Positions 9,801 through 21,470 of a stretch of DNA of 64,000 bases are shown piece by piece. Numbering within the stretch: the stretch's first letter is position 1; the number at the start of each line of letters is the position of its first letter. Source of the DNA: Nemertoderma westbladi (Eukaryota; Animalia; Xenacoelomorpha). Both the position numbers and the translations under genes were made by a program. Under the pieces are notes generated by a model that had not been told where the DNA came from, did no database searches, and saw only the letters and a list, made by a program, of their open reading frames with translations. Location of the stretch: contig JAUCBJ010007542.1 in NCBI GenBank assembly GCA_032718475.1, positions 51,096 through 115,095 of the forward strand. The letters are read 5' to 3'.

Positions 9801-11573
9801 GAGCGTCAGCGATAAGATCTCTAGATCTTAAGTTAATATCAACCAGTTGAGGTTGTGCTGTCGCAAAGAGTTTATCTCCGAAATGGGGAACCATCGAAGG
9901 ATGAATGATGCTTTTGGAATAGAGATCAGTCATAAGTATTTGAGCTTCTGGTTGAGCTAAAGCCGCTTCTTCTCTCTCATCCATTTCGATATGCTTCTCC
10001 TCGATCTGATTCTCCTCCACTTGTCGTTGAAAGCGTTCGTCTAAGAACTCTTGTAGAGAGTATGTACGTCCAAGTTCGATATCTTCCTCAAGATTCTCGA
10101 ACTGGGGTAAAGCTAATTCTTTTACCGCTTGGACTTGTTGTTGCAATTTACGTTTGTCTAAACAATAGTAGGTTCCATTTCCGATCTTTTGTCGAATCGC
10201 GTCTAATGCGTTTCGTATAACACTTTCCTCCACCTCGGTGACAGGTAGTATCGGAGTTAAACTGGTACGATTATACGGGTTGAACGGAGATATTAGATGT
10301 CCGCATCCCAATCTGGCTAGGTAGGATGGGCGAATATCTAGAGAGCCCACAAGTGGAGTGCCACTGACTATTTGTTTGGGTAACACTAGGTCTTTGAACA
10401 ATGAGTACAACTTAGGAGGATCCATCATACTATTAGGATCGAGAGTCTGAGGTCGCACCAGGGAATGAGGAGGTCGACCGAGTATTCTGGAACTCTGATC
10501 ATAGGTTTACTTAAGGATTGTTTGAGTCGAGCGAGCGTAGGTGGTACGTCGAACAAGTTTTGCTCAAAACTCCCGTAAGTATAGCGAGTAAAACTGTGTT
10601 TAGCGCAACGTCTCTGCAGATATTTATGTCTTTCCGTTTGTTGATTGGGTCTAGGGCATTCATCGCAGTAATACCAAAGACGCACGTCTTGTAAGGGAAA
10701 CGCTGGTGATCTTTCTCCAGTTTTACAATATTCCTCCATCTGTTCGAAGCTATCCGGTACAACAGGTAGCGGTCGATCGGCGGTAAGATACATCATAGTA
10801 AAATAGAGTCGTTTAAGTTGCATCATAGGGTTATGATGTATACCTTGAGGATATCGAGTTTCTAGATTTTGTGGACTAGCTACATTGAGATAAGTTTCTC
10901 TCAAGAATTTTAAATATTTGTTAAAGTCACCATGTTTGTCCGGTTCTTCAACATCTTATCTTTCGAGTCGGTTTCGAATATCATTTTCATGTTCAATTCT
11001 CAGTTTATCATTCCGAATTCGCTGGGCATGATATTTAAATAGAATCATTTCCTTTTCGGTGTCTACATCGTCAGTATCGTGTAAATCAATAGGATGACCA
11101 GTAGTTAAGAAGTCCATATACGTACCATTACGATGCGTATAGCGAGCGGTGAATTTTCTATAGTCCAATTCATGCTTAAGCTGTTCCTTTGACATTGGCG
11201 GTTCGATATAACAGCCATCGTCTTCCATCGTGTGTTGACTCGCGTCACCGCTTATCAAACTATCAACAAACGCTTGCAGTGGTAGGGTATATCGCTCTCT
11301 GATACCAAGATCATCTTCTATCAACTCAGTCATAGCTGCTATGAGTTTATCGATATTATAGCTATTAAGGCTAGCGGGCATCGCTGCCTTCCCCTCTTTT
11401 GCCCCGGACAGCCCTGAGATCTTCAGCGCTGATGTACTGTTGTCGTCGCTGTGCCCCTCGCCAACGTAGTAGCCACACAACGAAAACAATAACCAGCGCG
11501 AGTCACTCCACTGTCCATCCCAAGGGCTCGAATACACTGGAGGTACTTGATACTGATGTAGGGTAACTTTCAC
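6831..11573 (-). pseudogene. Disrupted ~1,490-codon accessory ORF: unknown N-terminal region + DnaQ/DEDDy-like 3'-5' exonuclease + 3 CCHC-type zinc knuckles + basic tail
   Basis: In-frame TAA at 10956-10958 and 9259-9261 with open codons continuing, a frameshift near 10460, and a SINE at 7670-7923. Motifs: ExoI VVTYDKE; ExoII LEMLFVERIIKIGSALYGD...FVDTQ; ExoIII-like PL..SLAIYTIFEN. Knuckles: CRLC..H..C, CAYC..H..C, CHHC..GH..C. Confidence 0.8.
7670..7923 (-). mobile_element. tRNA-derived SINE with 8-bp TSD (AGCACAAT at 7662-7669 and 7924-7931)
   Basis: Head GGCGGGGTAGCTCAGTTGG...GGTTCAGCCC (A/B boxes), central CCACTCAGCCTTTCATCC...GGTCGATAAAATGAG domain of the kind seen in metazoan SINEs, and (TTGC)n tail. 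Confidence 0.9.
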
Positions 11574-11911
11574 AATTACGACTCGCTACTGTAAACACAC
11601 TTTAGTAGTAACATTCACCTATAAATACACAAATTCCACATTCCTGCCACAATTTGTACAAATTAGAGCCATTTGTCCATTAGTCAGATGCCTTCCAGAA
11701 CGCCACATTATTATTATGTATCCTTAGATACTATCAAGGTGTTATTTATTACGCATGCTATTCAATGGGGTAAGCTTTCTATTGTTCTTTTAAATCACTT
11801 CTAATTCTAGCATGGTTGATACTATGGTGACATTATGCAAAGCTAGCGGTAGAATTAGGGTATTTCTCATTAAAAACAGATCTGGGATGCTATTTAATAG
11901 TGACTCTTTAA

Positions 11912-12105
11912 CCCTATTAAACCCGGGGGGGGGGGGGTCAATATGACCCCCCCCCCCCCCCCGTGGTTTTTTTATTATAATTCTGAAATAAACGCAGTTG
12001 GGAATCTGAAATTTTATCACTTTTCCTAAAAATCTATTGTCTTCATGGTAGTGAAAACCGTTTTCAAAAATATTGGGTACTTTTCGAGTTATAGCACCAT
12101 TTATG
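11912..12105 (+). mobile_element. piggyBac-type MITE, left end
   Basis: TTAA|CCCTATTAAACCCGGGG...GTCAATATGACCCC, the same start as the complete copy at 57064. Confidence 0.85.
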
Positions 12106-12680
12106 ATTTCCTGCAACCCATGATATTGCTTTTGCGCCGCTGTGCTTTGCAAAATCTCCCACGCAGTGGTGCGAATAGTTTAATATATAATAGGATAAAG
12201 TGTCTCGTCTTGCGAGACATTTAATTATAATTACTAAAGTAAATTATCTATATTTGCAAAGGGTGAGGGTTTAACAGACCCAGCGCAGAATTAACACGGT
12301 TAATAAGGCGACCCCACCCAAGCAAAAGCAATACCAATCAATATGGCAGTGCAACGGCATCCAGCTTTTGGTATCACTATTTTGTGTGATACATGATACA
12401 ATGTGAAATAAATTCGAGGGCTTTGCACAAGTTAAGTTTATACGTACCGGTACTGTAGTGGATAATTTGTTAATTACGTTCTGCTCCTTTGTTCAATAAA
12501 GTCTACAAATATTTCTAAAACGGAAATATTTACTCATGCAAACTACCATTATTAAAAAGAATGCGAACAAAGTATAATGCATTAATAAATGAACCTTCAT
12601 TTTCAAGTATAAAATCGTAAACACAGAGATATAATATGTATCGTATATAGAATATGCAAATTGAGCAATGAAAGTTTGAT

Positions 12681-13561
12681 TTATATAGATGCTGGTCGAA
12701 TATATTTCAGAAATGCATTTGAAGACCAGCGCCCTTTTGCTCTGATTTGGGCATCAGATAAACCTTCACGTGCTGCCTCAGTGGCCGCCCCTATCCGGAA
12801 GCTATGTGATTTGTAAACATTCGGAGATAAGTTAAGAAAATTGAAAACTTTGTTCATAATTGCAATGAACTGGGGGCGGTAGGCAAGCCGGAGGCCCAAA
12901 TAAAAAATTGGCTGTGCTTGCTATTAGAAGGGCGTAATTTAATATATTCATAAACAGAAGAAATTGCAAGTTCTGATTCGTTTTTGTTTATGTGGACACG
13001 TACTGGGGTATATGGTGGTTTTTGGTATTTATGGCGTCTAATTGTGATCGTAACATGATTAAGGGCCCATTCAACATTGCTAATGCTCAAAATCCATTTC
13101 CTCGGTATACCTGGTTTTGGAGTAAATTCTCCAACACGTAGGAAACCATAAAAAGCTACTAAAAACATACATTTAATGACGTATTGTGCATAAATATCTT
13201 GATAAATAACTTGAACAGCGTTTAACATGCGGTTTAGGATTGCTTTCGTAATTGGTAAATGGGAATCTCCAACCATGTTATTTTTACCCAATCCAATCAG
13301 TGCCCTCGTAACCAAGAACGCCTTCGTTGGGTCAGCAATATTCAATAACCGATGTGGGAGAGCTATCGCAGACATGTGGTTAGAAATTGTGGATCTTGAC
13401 AATTTCTGAGAGTCTAAATACGCAATGAAACATCCCAAAACAGTTGGGTCAAGTGGTAACACGAATGGGATGTTTAGAACATCTGCGACAAAACAGCGTA
13501 ATTTCTCCCATATTCGAGTATACGAATTAAGAGTTGCTTCTTCCCATGAATGCTCGATCAT
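12681..13561 (-). pseudogene. Tyrosine recombinase of the DIRS/Ngaro element (frameshift near 12890)
   Basis: FYGFLRVGE (R), SHSFRIGAAT (HxxR), GRWSS and KYIR (Y) catalytic set. Confidence 0.92.
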
Positions 13562-13657
13562 CTGTGTGTATCGAAGAATGAGTTCTGAGGTAGCATATGA
13601 TGAGGAATTGCTGATGGATACTTGTTGGCGGTTGGAGTGATGTCCATAAACGATTAT

Positions 13658-15277
13658 TTATACCTGCAAACGAGAAAGAAGTTCTGAACGAACATTCATG
13701 ACACCTGGTACATGATTTGAACGAAAAGGGATATTATGTTTCATTGTAAGAATAACAAGTTTGCGTATAAGAACCATAATTAAGGATTCTTTGGAAGATT
13801 TTTTATTAAGAATGGAGACAAGTCCTTCATTGTCTGTCCTAAATATTATTCGCTTTCCCTTTAATTCAATACCCCAGATATGTATAGCCATTACGATAGG
13901 ATAGAGCTCGAGGAGAGTAATATTTGTACACTCTTTCCACCTAGGAGGCCATTCTCCATAGAACCAATGATTACGAAAGATAGCAGCATATCCCTTCATT
14001 TTGGCTGCGTCAGTGTAAAGTTCCAATGTAGTATTGGAAGACCAATGTCGATTGAGGAACATTGTACATCCGTTATAGTGTAACAGGAAGTTCTCCCAAG
14101 CTATGAGATCTGCTCAAGCCCATGCCTTAAATCTGATTCGGTGATGCATACGTGTAGCAGTCACGGAAAGCTGTATTAAACGTCTAAGAAAGGCTCTACC
14201 GGGAATAACAACCTGACAAGCAAAGTTTAGAAACCCAACAATAGCGAGCAAATCTCGTTTTGTAACCCACTTATTGTGTTTCATACTCTTAATAAGGTCA
14301 AGACCCTTCTCTACTTTATGTTTCGGAAGCCTCTCAACCATTTCATTTGTATCTAACTCGATACCCAGAAAGGTAATGGTTTGGGATGGACCTTCGGTCT
14401 TATGAGAAACTAGAGGGATGTTCGCTTTACTACAGAAATCTATAAAGATGCTGAGCTGTCTTCTGCATTCACCCTTATATCTCGTTGCCATCAGAAAATC
14501 ATCTAGTATGTGTATTAAATTTGGTATTGAGAGCTTAGAACGACCTACCCATTGAATGGCACTCGAGAATCTTTCAAAGATTTTGCAACTTGAGCTAGCT
14601 CCCATTTCCAGGCATTTATCATAATACCATTTATTGTTCCATACTGAACACATTAGATGATAATCTAATTGCGATATAGGTATAAGTCTAAAGGCTGAAC
14701 ATATGTCAGTCTTTGCAAGATAACACCCTGAGCCTAATTCGATAATTATATTAATGGCATCTTCTACATGGTAGTATGTGCAGGTGGAGTCTTCATTTGA
14801 AATATTACTGTTCACTGAAAAGTCATTATATGGGGCAGAGAGATCGTGAATTAAACGAAATTCTGAAGGAGTCTTTTTTGGTCTCCCCGATAATGGGTTA
14901 ACATGGCAGACTAGGAAGGGCTGGTCATCGAATGGCCCAGCCATACGACCAGCTTTTATTTCGTTTTCAAGTTTTTGTGTGACAACATTGGGATTGTTTA
15001 TGGCAGACAATGAATTCCTGGTATACGTAGAAACATTAGGCCCATTATAATCTAAACGAAATCCATCAGTAAAACCAGAGTCTAGATAGGAGAAATCAGT
15101 AGGATTATAACCCGAGAGATAACTCTTTAGTACGTCCCATTTAATTGGTGTGGGGAGTTTGGAGGATTGGTCGACGGTTTGTACCACCTTGCGCATTATG
15201 GTACCTTCCCGTATTCCTGAATGCGGGCATTCTCCGATCCATTCCCCGTCTTTGATAGGGTGCACCTGCAGCTGCAC
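13658..15277 (-). pseudogene. DIRS/Ngaro reverse transcriptase + RNase H (frameshift near 14100)
   Basis: FRLIHDLS, KTDICSAFR, MGASSS, HILDDFL, FLGIELDT; RNase H motifs YTDAA, LLELYPI, TDNEG. Confidence 0.93.
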
Positions 15278-16662
15278 GTCCTCTATACGATGGACCGGAT
15301 CTTTGAAAGGGCCGTTTAGTAATTAGATCAGTAATTGGTTGGGTACACTTCATAAGACGGTGTGTCCCACCACAATTAGGACAAGTGTGATTATAATCAC
15401 AATATATACATTTATCTCCCTTATGGTAGGCATGGCAGTATCTGGTTGGAATGGACATACGACCAGTTTTTCTGGCAGTAGCTGCCATTGCGAGCTCCTG
15501 TATAGGGTTGCCCCAGTGGAACTTCGATGGGTTGTTCTGCTTACAACGCCAGAACTTCTTGTAATAGAGTAGCCATGATCCACCTTTATCCTTGATGTCT
15601 TTAAGGATTGCTGGATATTTCTTCAGCTTCCTACTTTCTTGTGGGAATTTGTCTTCATAAATAGCGGAGAAGATATTCCAAGCAAGTAGCCATTGTTCGA
15701 ATGAGGTTATTTCATTAACACCATTATCTTCCTCGAAATGGCTGTTGACTTGGGTGCTCAGTGGCAGATGTTAAGATAGGAAATCGTCGTTTTGATTTTA
15801 CCACTACTGGGTCACTCAACAATGATGCGAGATCTATAAATTTATGATTCCAGATCTTCTCCTTTATATCTAAAGGGACATATGCATCTACCTCTACAAA
15901 AGAGCTACACTCACCTGCTAAGGATGTCGACAATGACTGCTCAGCTGCAGGGAAAGTATCTGGCACCTGCGAAATGTTGGATGTTGACACTGCAGGACAT
16001 GCAGGTAGAGTAAGGGTTGTTGGTACTGGTACACCGACTGGTGCCGTAAGTGTAGGAGGAGTAATAACTGAAGCAGCATGAATTGGTGGTGAGGTGTGAT
16101 GAGTAGAAGCTGGTGTTAGACCTAACCCGGACATGTTAGATGGAGGTGCTAGCCCAGAGACTGGGTGTCCAGGTGGAATGGCTCCAGGAAAAACAGGTGG
16201 CATACCCATCCAGTAAGGGTTTATGATTGGGGTATGACCACTTTGGCCCTTTATTATAGGAAGGGATAGGAAGGAAGGGATCTAGGGGACATTGTTACTA
16301 TCACTTTGGCCCTGACTGAATGTATTGGGGTTGGGGAAGGATTGCGGATAATAAAATGGCATGTATGGGTTCCACTGAGGAAAGCTCTGCTGTATTTGTG
16401 GATTAGCAGTAAATTCTGTAGTGGTAGATGGCAAAGGAGCTGTTGGGCCGCCACCGAGTATATGGGCATTGGAAGAAGTGGAGGGTGGGGTTGGCATGGA
16501 ATCACCATCACCAATGTTTATTAGAGACGGGCGATGTGTTGTCCGTGGTGTACTTTTAGAACGCGTTTGGATCACCTTGCTGGAGGTTATAGCAGTTTTC
16601 CGTGCCTTTGACTTTAATCTTGTAGCCATAGAGGTAGACTTCTTCTTTGATGATTGAGACAT
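15141..16662 (-). pseudogene. Ngaro-type gag (fragmented) with C-terminal Cys/His finger
   Basis: S/T/P-rich N-terminus, IKEKIWNHKFIDLASLL, and CHAYHKGDKCIYCDYNHTCPNCGGTHRLMKC overlapping the RT start. Confidence 0.8.
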
Positions 16663-16850
16663 GTTACTGGTTGCTGGTGAGTGTGAGAGATTGTGTATGC
16701 ACAGTTATAGAACTGTGTACCGGTACTGGTATATATATTCCAGCATATGATATGATCATAATACAGTAATAATCTGATTGACATATAGTCCAATAAGCAA
16801 AAACATCAACTATAGAATTACGACATAGCTAGGCCTATATAACATGGGCA

Positions 16851-18533
16851 ATGAACGCTTATTATAAGCAGAGTTATAAGAAAAGTTGTGCAAAGGGGCG
16901 CCTCAAAGCCGATAGTCCTGAAGAACGTGTTGGGAAGTGGAAAAATCACTTCAGCAACTTGCTTGGGCAGCCACCAAACATCGAGGTCAGCCCTACAAGG
17001 AAAATATATGACAAGACACTACCTATAGAAACAGGGGACTTCACACCTGCCGAACTCCAAAGAAGCATTAAAAGCATGTCCAATAATAAAGCGAGTGGAT
17101 TAGATGAAATCCCAGCGGAGGTATGGAAAACCGGAGTGCTAAATAGACCATTATTGAATGTTTGCAACCGGATGTTAAAAGGGGAAAAGCCACCACCAAT
17201 TTGGACTAAAGGTCAACTAAAGCCTCTCCCCAAGAAAGGAGACCTCGGCATACCAACAAACTATCGTGGGATCTGTCTGCTTGTGGTAGCTGCCAAAATA
17301 TACAATAAAATGATTCTATATAGGATTAGGCCTCACATAGAGAAACTACTGCGTAAGAGCCAAAACGGATTTCGACCAAGTAGATCAACAATAGCTCAGA
17401 TACTTGCACTACGGAGACTGATTGAAGGAATTAAGTCAAAGAATCTCCCCGCAGTCATGACTTTTGTGGACTTCAAGAAGGCATTCGACTCCATCCATAG
17501 AGGTAAAATGCTTGAAATCCTAAGAGCTTATGGAATACCAGAAGTAATTGTTGCTGGCATTGGATTGTTATATTGTGACACAGAAGCGCAGGTACTCTCA
17601 CCAGATGGTGAAACTGAGTTTTTCTCAATCCTGGCTGGCGTACTGCAAGGTGACACATTAGCACCATTACTATTTGTAATTGTGCTGGATTACGCAATGA
17701 GGACGGCCACAAAGGGTGAAGATCTGGGATTCACACTTCAAGAACGCAGAAGTAGTAGATATCCGGCAACTACAGTCACAGACACCGACTTTGCGGATGA
17801 CATCGCCCTGCTCTCTAATACGCTAGCAGATGCACAGCTTCTACTAAATAAAGTGGAGAGGGCTGCTAAGGAGGTTGGATTGCATATAAATGCTACCAAG
17901 ACCGAATTCATGACCTTTAATGTTTATGGAAACTTGACAACCATTGATAATAATCAACTAAGGAAGGTCGATGACTTCCAGTACCTTGGATCATGGATAG
18001 AGAGTAGCAAAAAGGACATAGAAGTTAGGAAAGCAAAGGCTTGGGTAGCTCTATCAAAAATGGATACCATCTGGAAATCAGATCTCTCCAGGCACCTGAA
18101 GACTAAGTTCTTTCGAGCCACAGTGGAAAGTGTATTTTTATACGGGGGTGAGACCTGGACACTGACTAAATCACTTGAACAACGAATTGATGGTTGCTAC
18201 ACAAGACTACTAAGGGCAGCCCTAAACATCAGCTGGAGACAACACATGACAAACGCCGAGCTTTATGGTACAATACCACCTGTATCAACCACCCTCCGTG
18301 AACGCAGATTAAGATTCAGTGGGCACTGCTGGCGAAGTAAAGACGAGGTCATACCAGATCTACTTCTCTGGCAACCAACCCATGGAAAGCGTAGTCATGG
18401 ACGACCTGCCATAACATATATAGATCAACTTGAAAGGGATATTGAACTTGGGAGAAACGAAATTGCGACAACTATGGAGAATCGGGAAGCCTGGAAGGAT
18501 CTCATTTCCACTGTCCGAGTTCGCTCGACCTAG
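16851..18533 (+). CDS. RTE-clade reverse transcriptase (5'-truncated; first residues come from flanking DNA)
   Basis: NYRGICL, QNGFR, FVDFKKAFDS, GVLQGD, DFADD, YLGS and the LRFSGHCWRSKDE...GRP C-terminus. Confidence 0.9.
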   Translation: MNAYYKQSYKKSCAKGRLKADSPEERVGKWKNHFSNLLGQPPNIEVSPTRKIYDKTLPIETGDFTPAELQRSIKSMSNNKASGLDEIPAEVWKTGVLNRPLLNVCNRMLKGEKPPPIWTKGQLKPLPKKGDLGIPTNYRGICLLVVAAKIYNKMILYRIRPHIEKLLRKSQNGFRPSRSTIAQILALRRLIEGIKSKNLPAVMTFVDFKKAFDSIHRGKMLEILRAYGIPEVIVAGIGLLYCDTEAQVLSPDGETEFFSILAGVLQGDTLAPLLFVIVLDYAMRTATKGEDLGFTLQERRSSRYPATTVTDTDFADDIALLSNTLADAQLLLNKVERAAKEVGLHINATKTEFMTFNVYGNLTTIDNNQLRKVDDFQYLGSWIESSKKDIEVRKAKAWVALSKMDTIWKSDLSRHLKTKFFRATVESVFLYGGETWTLTKSLEQRIDGCYTRLLRAALNISWRQHMTNAELYGTIPPVSTTLRERRLRFSGHCWRSKDEVIPDLLLWQPTHGKRSHGRPAITYIDQLERDIELGRNEIATTMENREAWKDLISTVRVRST

Positions 18534-18545
18534 TAGTAGTAGTAG
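16875..18545 (+). mobile_element. 5'-truncated RTE-clade LINE with 12-bp TSD TATAAGCAGAGT (16863-16874 and 18546-18557) and (TAG)n tail
   Basis: TSD and tail are directly visible; RT ORF is open. Confidence 0.92.
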
Positions 18546-20675
18546 TATAAGCAGAGTCAGAGAGAGAGTGGGATAATCATCCACTAATTGACAGATGGGA
18601 TGTGCGGCATAATGTATAATATAATAACAGTCCGGTACAATATGTAGGCACAGCGCCCGGACAAGTTCAATTATCGGTACCAACACCAACAGAGCAACAG
18701 ACCAAGTGACTGTGTTTAATGTATAGTGTATAGGTTACTGCTGTATAGGGCTAAATGCAGACATGTGTATGGTGACGCGACAGGTATTATTGTATGGAGG
18801 TAGGCCCCATACCGTTCCCCGTTTCTGCATATGCAACTAGCTTGATACAGGTAGTTATAACATGCACAATATCAGTATATAGGCCTATAATTCTAATAAT
18901 AATAAAGTGGGAATATCATCCACTGGGAGACTGCTGGACTCACTGTACCGGCGATCCAATAATATCAAGTCCAGACATATTGCAGTAGTCTACTGCCATA
19001 ATCTTAGCTAGCTTCTGAGCTTGTGGAACATGGACTTGGTCTAATGAAACTGTGATGGGAATATCATCCATCGGCCCAGCTCAGGTAGGAGGTATATACG
19101 GGTAGCTTAAATATTTACCAAAAATTACTTTATATGTACCGGTACCGGTAATTTGTAACAGTGTCATCAGTTATTAAGGTCGCATGTATTGCTGAATTGG
19201 CATTGAGTTGAGTATATCATTCAATGCACTTGCACTACCGGTATTCAGGTATTTGGTATTGGCAACTGGACCGCATGTACATGGTACATGTGTTAGTCAG
19301 TCTCAGTACAGCAGTGTTGTAGTACTGGAAGCACAGATATAGGTATAAGCCAATTCCAGAATTCACTAATTCAATTTATGAACTGCGTTCATTAGGACTA
19401 TGCTGCTATGTGGATTGCAGAATTGTGTTATATCGGTACTTGTAGTCATATTCATAATAGCATAAAACTACTCTCTGATAGTAGGCTACTTACACACCAT
19501 ACACAATACTGTAAGATAGTACCCAGCTGCCGGGTAGGTACTGTACCGTCTGACCGTACCGGTACAGGGTACACAGTTAGTCATTACAGGTACTGCATTA
19601 GTCAGTTAGTGTAAGCGGGTATATCATCCACTTCTCACTTCTGCAATTATTAATTTGAGATTTTAACAAAAATCAAAATTGTTGGCTGATTGGCCAAACA
19701 ATTATTCCTATATGTATATTGCATTGGCCTATTTCAGTATTTGTTTATGTCGCGTAGGTTGGTAAGGAACTGTACTGCTGTACAGTGGTACGGATGCCAA
19801 CGGCCTGGTGTACTAAGTGCATAACTCAGTACTGCAGTACCCGGTAACGGACTGGTGCGGTGCCAGGGTGCAGTAGGTCCTGTATACAGCAGTATCGGCA
19901 GATCGGTACTGCATTACTGGGTGAATGGCTGCAGCTGGTATAATTAAATCTATTCCAGTCCAGTAGCAGTACTCTGGTGGCCCGGGTTCCACTGTCCACA
20001 TGGTCAGTGGTCACAATTAGTAGTTTCTTTTATTCTCTTTTTTTTAACCATGCAGTGCAGTGCAGTGTAGCTGGGTAGGTGACCAGACAGCCAGAGGACC
20101 AGAAAATGCATGCTGCCTGTTGCCATACCACACTGTCACGTCACATAGTACTCCTGTACTCAGATAGACCAACTGGCATGGGCCTACTCATATACAGCCA
20201 TAGTGCATAGCACCGCCTGGTTGCCAGCTCAGGCTCTAGGTTCAGAGGTTTAAACGGTACCGTACTGCCATAGGGTAACTGATCTGTTCAGTTCAGCAGT
20301 TCACATTTATTGCATAGTGGGAATATCATCCACTTCCATGTTGTCATGTACTGTGTTACGTAGGCCTACCGGTAGTCATATACCGTATTTCAATATTTAA
20401 AAGATATTTTATTATAAAATTAGAATGTGTACGCAATGTATCTGGAAGTCATAAATTAAATTATACGTTATTTTGATTAACAGATTACTGAATCCAGGTG
20501 CCGTAATGACTGAATACCAGTAATCATTTGTTAGACAAAGAGATTCCAGTGCACATCCTAGAGGATGGTATAGGAACTTGTTAATTGTACATGTTTTGCG
20601 GTATCATAAAATATATTGGGCTCAATGCTTTGCAATATTACCCAATACCCATTTTTTAACCCTACTTTTGGCACT

Positions 20676-20733
20676 TTTTTTGAGACGTTTTTTGAAAATT
20701 AAATTTCATTAAATATGAATTGTAACATCTCTA
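20676..20733 (+). mobile_element. Internal fragment of the piggyBac-type MITE fused to Gypsy gag
   Basis: TTTTGAGACG...GTAACATCTCTAT matches ~57123-57180. Confidence 0.8.
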
Positions 20734-21470
20734 TGAAACTCCCTTCTTTCTGGACCGCGCAACCCGAGGTTTGGTTCAAACAAGTGGAAGCTCAGTTAGA
20801 TTTAAAAGGAATTACGGCAGACCTCACTAAATACAACTATGTAATCCAGGCCCTTGATAACACCGTAGCAACTGAAATTGGTGCATTCATCTTGAACCCA
20901 CCAGAAGCTAACAGATATGAAGCTCTGAAAACTATACTCCTCAAAACTTATGGGCTTACAGAACAACAAAAGGGAGCCAAGTTACTAGCAATCAATGGCC
21001 TGGGTGATCGCCACCCATCTTCTCTACTACGATACAGGTATAGATGCAGGTTAGTTCCTGCTGACACCTACAGGGGATATACATTCCGTAGTCTATTCCT
21101 ACAACATCTACCTGAAACAGTCCGCATAGCCCTCGCCAGAGACCCTCCTACAGACATTGAAGATCTTGCATTTGCCGCTGACTCTATCATAGAGGCCCAA
21201 GGTCCAACTCATTATCGTGGTATAGCTGCAGTAGAAGTTGATGCCATAGGTAGACAACAGAAACACACCCAACAGCGTCAGAGCCAAAGGAATGCACCTC
21301 CCACTCAACTACCTCGTGTAAACCGCCGATCCACCACTCGCTGCGCGAATCACCAGCGTTATGGCACGCATACCTGGGCTTGCTGCACTATGCTCCCTGG
21401 TTCCACTTGCGACATGGCACACATCACAGTACCCAGACCTTCGGGAAACGCCACTGCCGACGCCCAGTAG
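20715..21470 (+). CDS. Gypsy (CsRn1-like) gag with CHCC-type finger
   Basis: KLPSFW...[26 protein letters not shown]; ends SGNATADAQ*. Confidence 0.88.
   Translation: MNCNISMKLPSFWTAQPEVWFKQVEAQLDLKGITADLTKYNYVIQALDNTVATEIGAFILNPPEANRYEALKTILLKTYGLTEQQKGAKLLAINGLGDRHPSSLLRYRYRCRLVPADTYRGYTFRSLFLQHLPETVRIALARDPPTDIEDLAFAADSIIEAQGPTHYRGIAAVEVDAIGRQQKHTQQRQSQRNAPPTQLPRVNRRSTTRCANHQRYGTHTWACCTMLPGSTCDMAHITVPRPSGNATADAQ

Larger units (their letters stand above)
12150..16662 (-). mobile_element. Ngaro/DIRS-type tyrosine-recombinase retrotransposon (degenerate); terminal repeats not resolved
   Basis: Co-oriented gag, RT-RNaseH and tyrosine recombinase with overlapping frames; TGTCTCG/CGAGACA hairpin at 12201-12219 in the 3' region. 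Confidence 0.9.

Noticed and set aside
6831-11573. Five independent genes, or an env gene
   Set aside because: The frames join through single stops, one frameshift and a SINE with a TSD. No signal peptide or TM segment typical of env is visible.
11690-11706. Possible PBS (TGGCGTTCTGGAAGG, minus strand) upstream of the accessory ORF
   Set aside because: No LTR end precedes it, and the spacing does not fit a tRNA 3' end I can identify.
6831-13561. Exonuclease ORF as cargo of the adjacent co-oriented Ngaro element
   Set aside because: A piggyBac MITE end lies between them and appears to bracket Ngaro, and the ORF abuts an LTR matching BEL-flanking sequence. Disfavoured, not formally excluded.
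12681-13561. Phage or bacterial integrase / horizontal transfer
   Set aside because: It follows gag and RT-RNaseH in the standard DIRS/Ngaro layout.
18567-20334. CRISPR-like reading of the five 19-nt motifs
   Set aside because: Spacing is irregular and long (about 150-700 bp); kept only as a motif finding.
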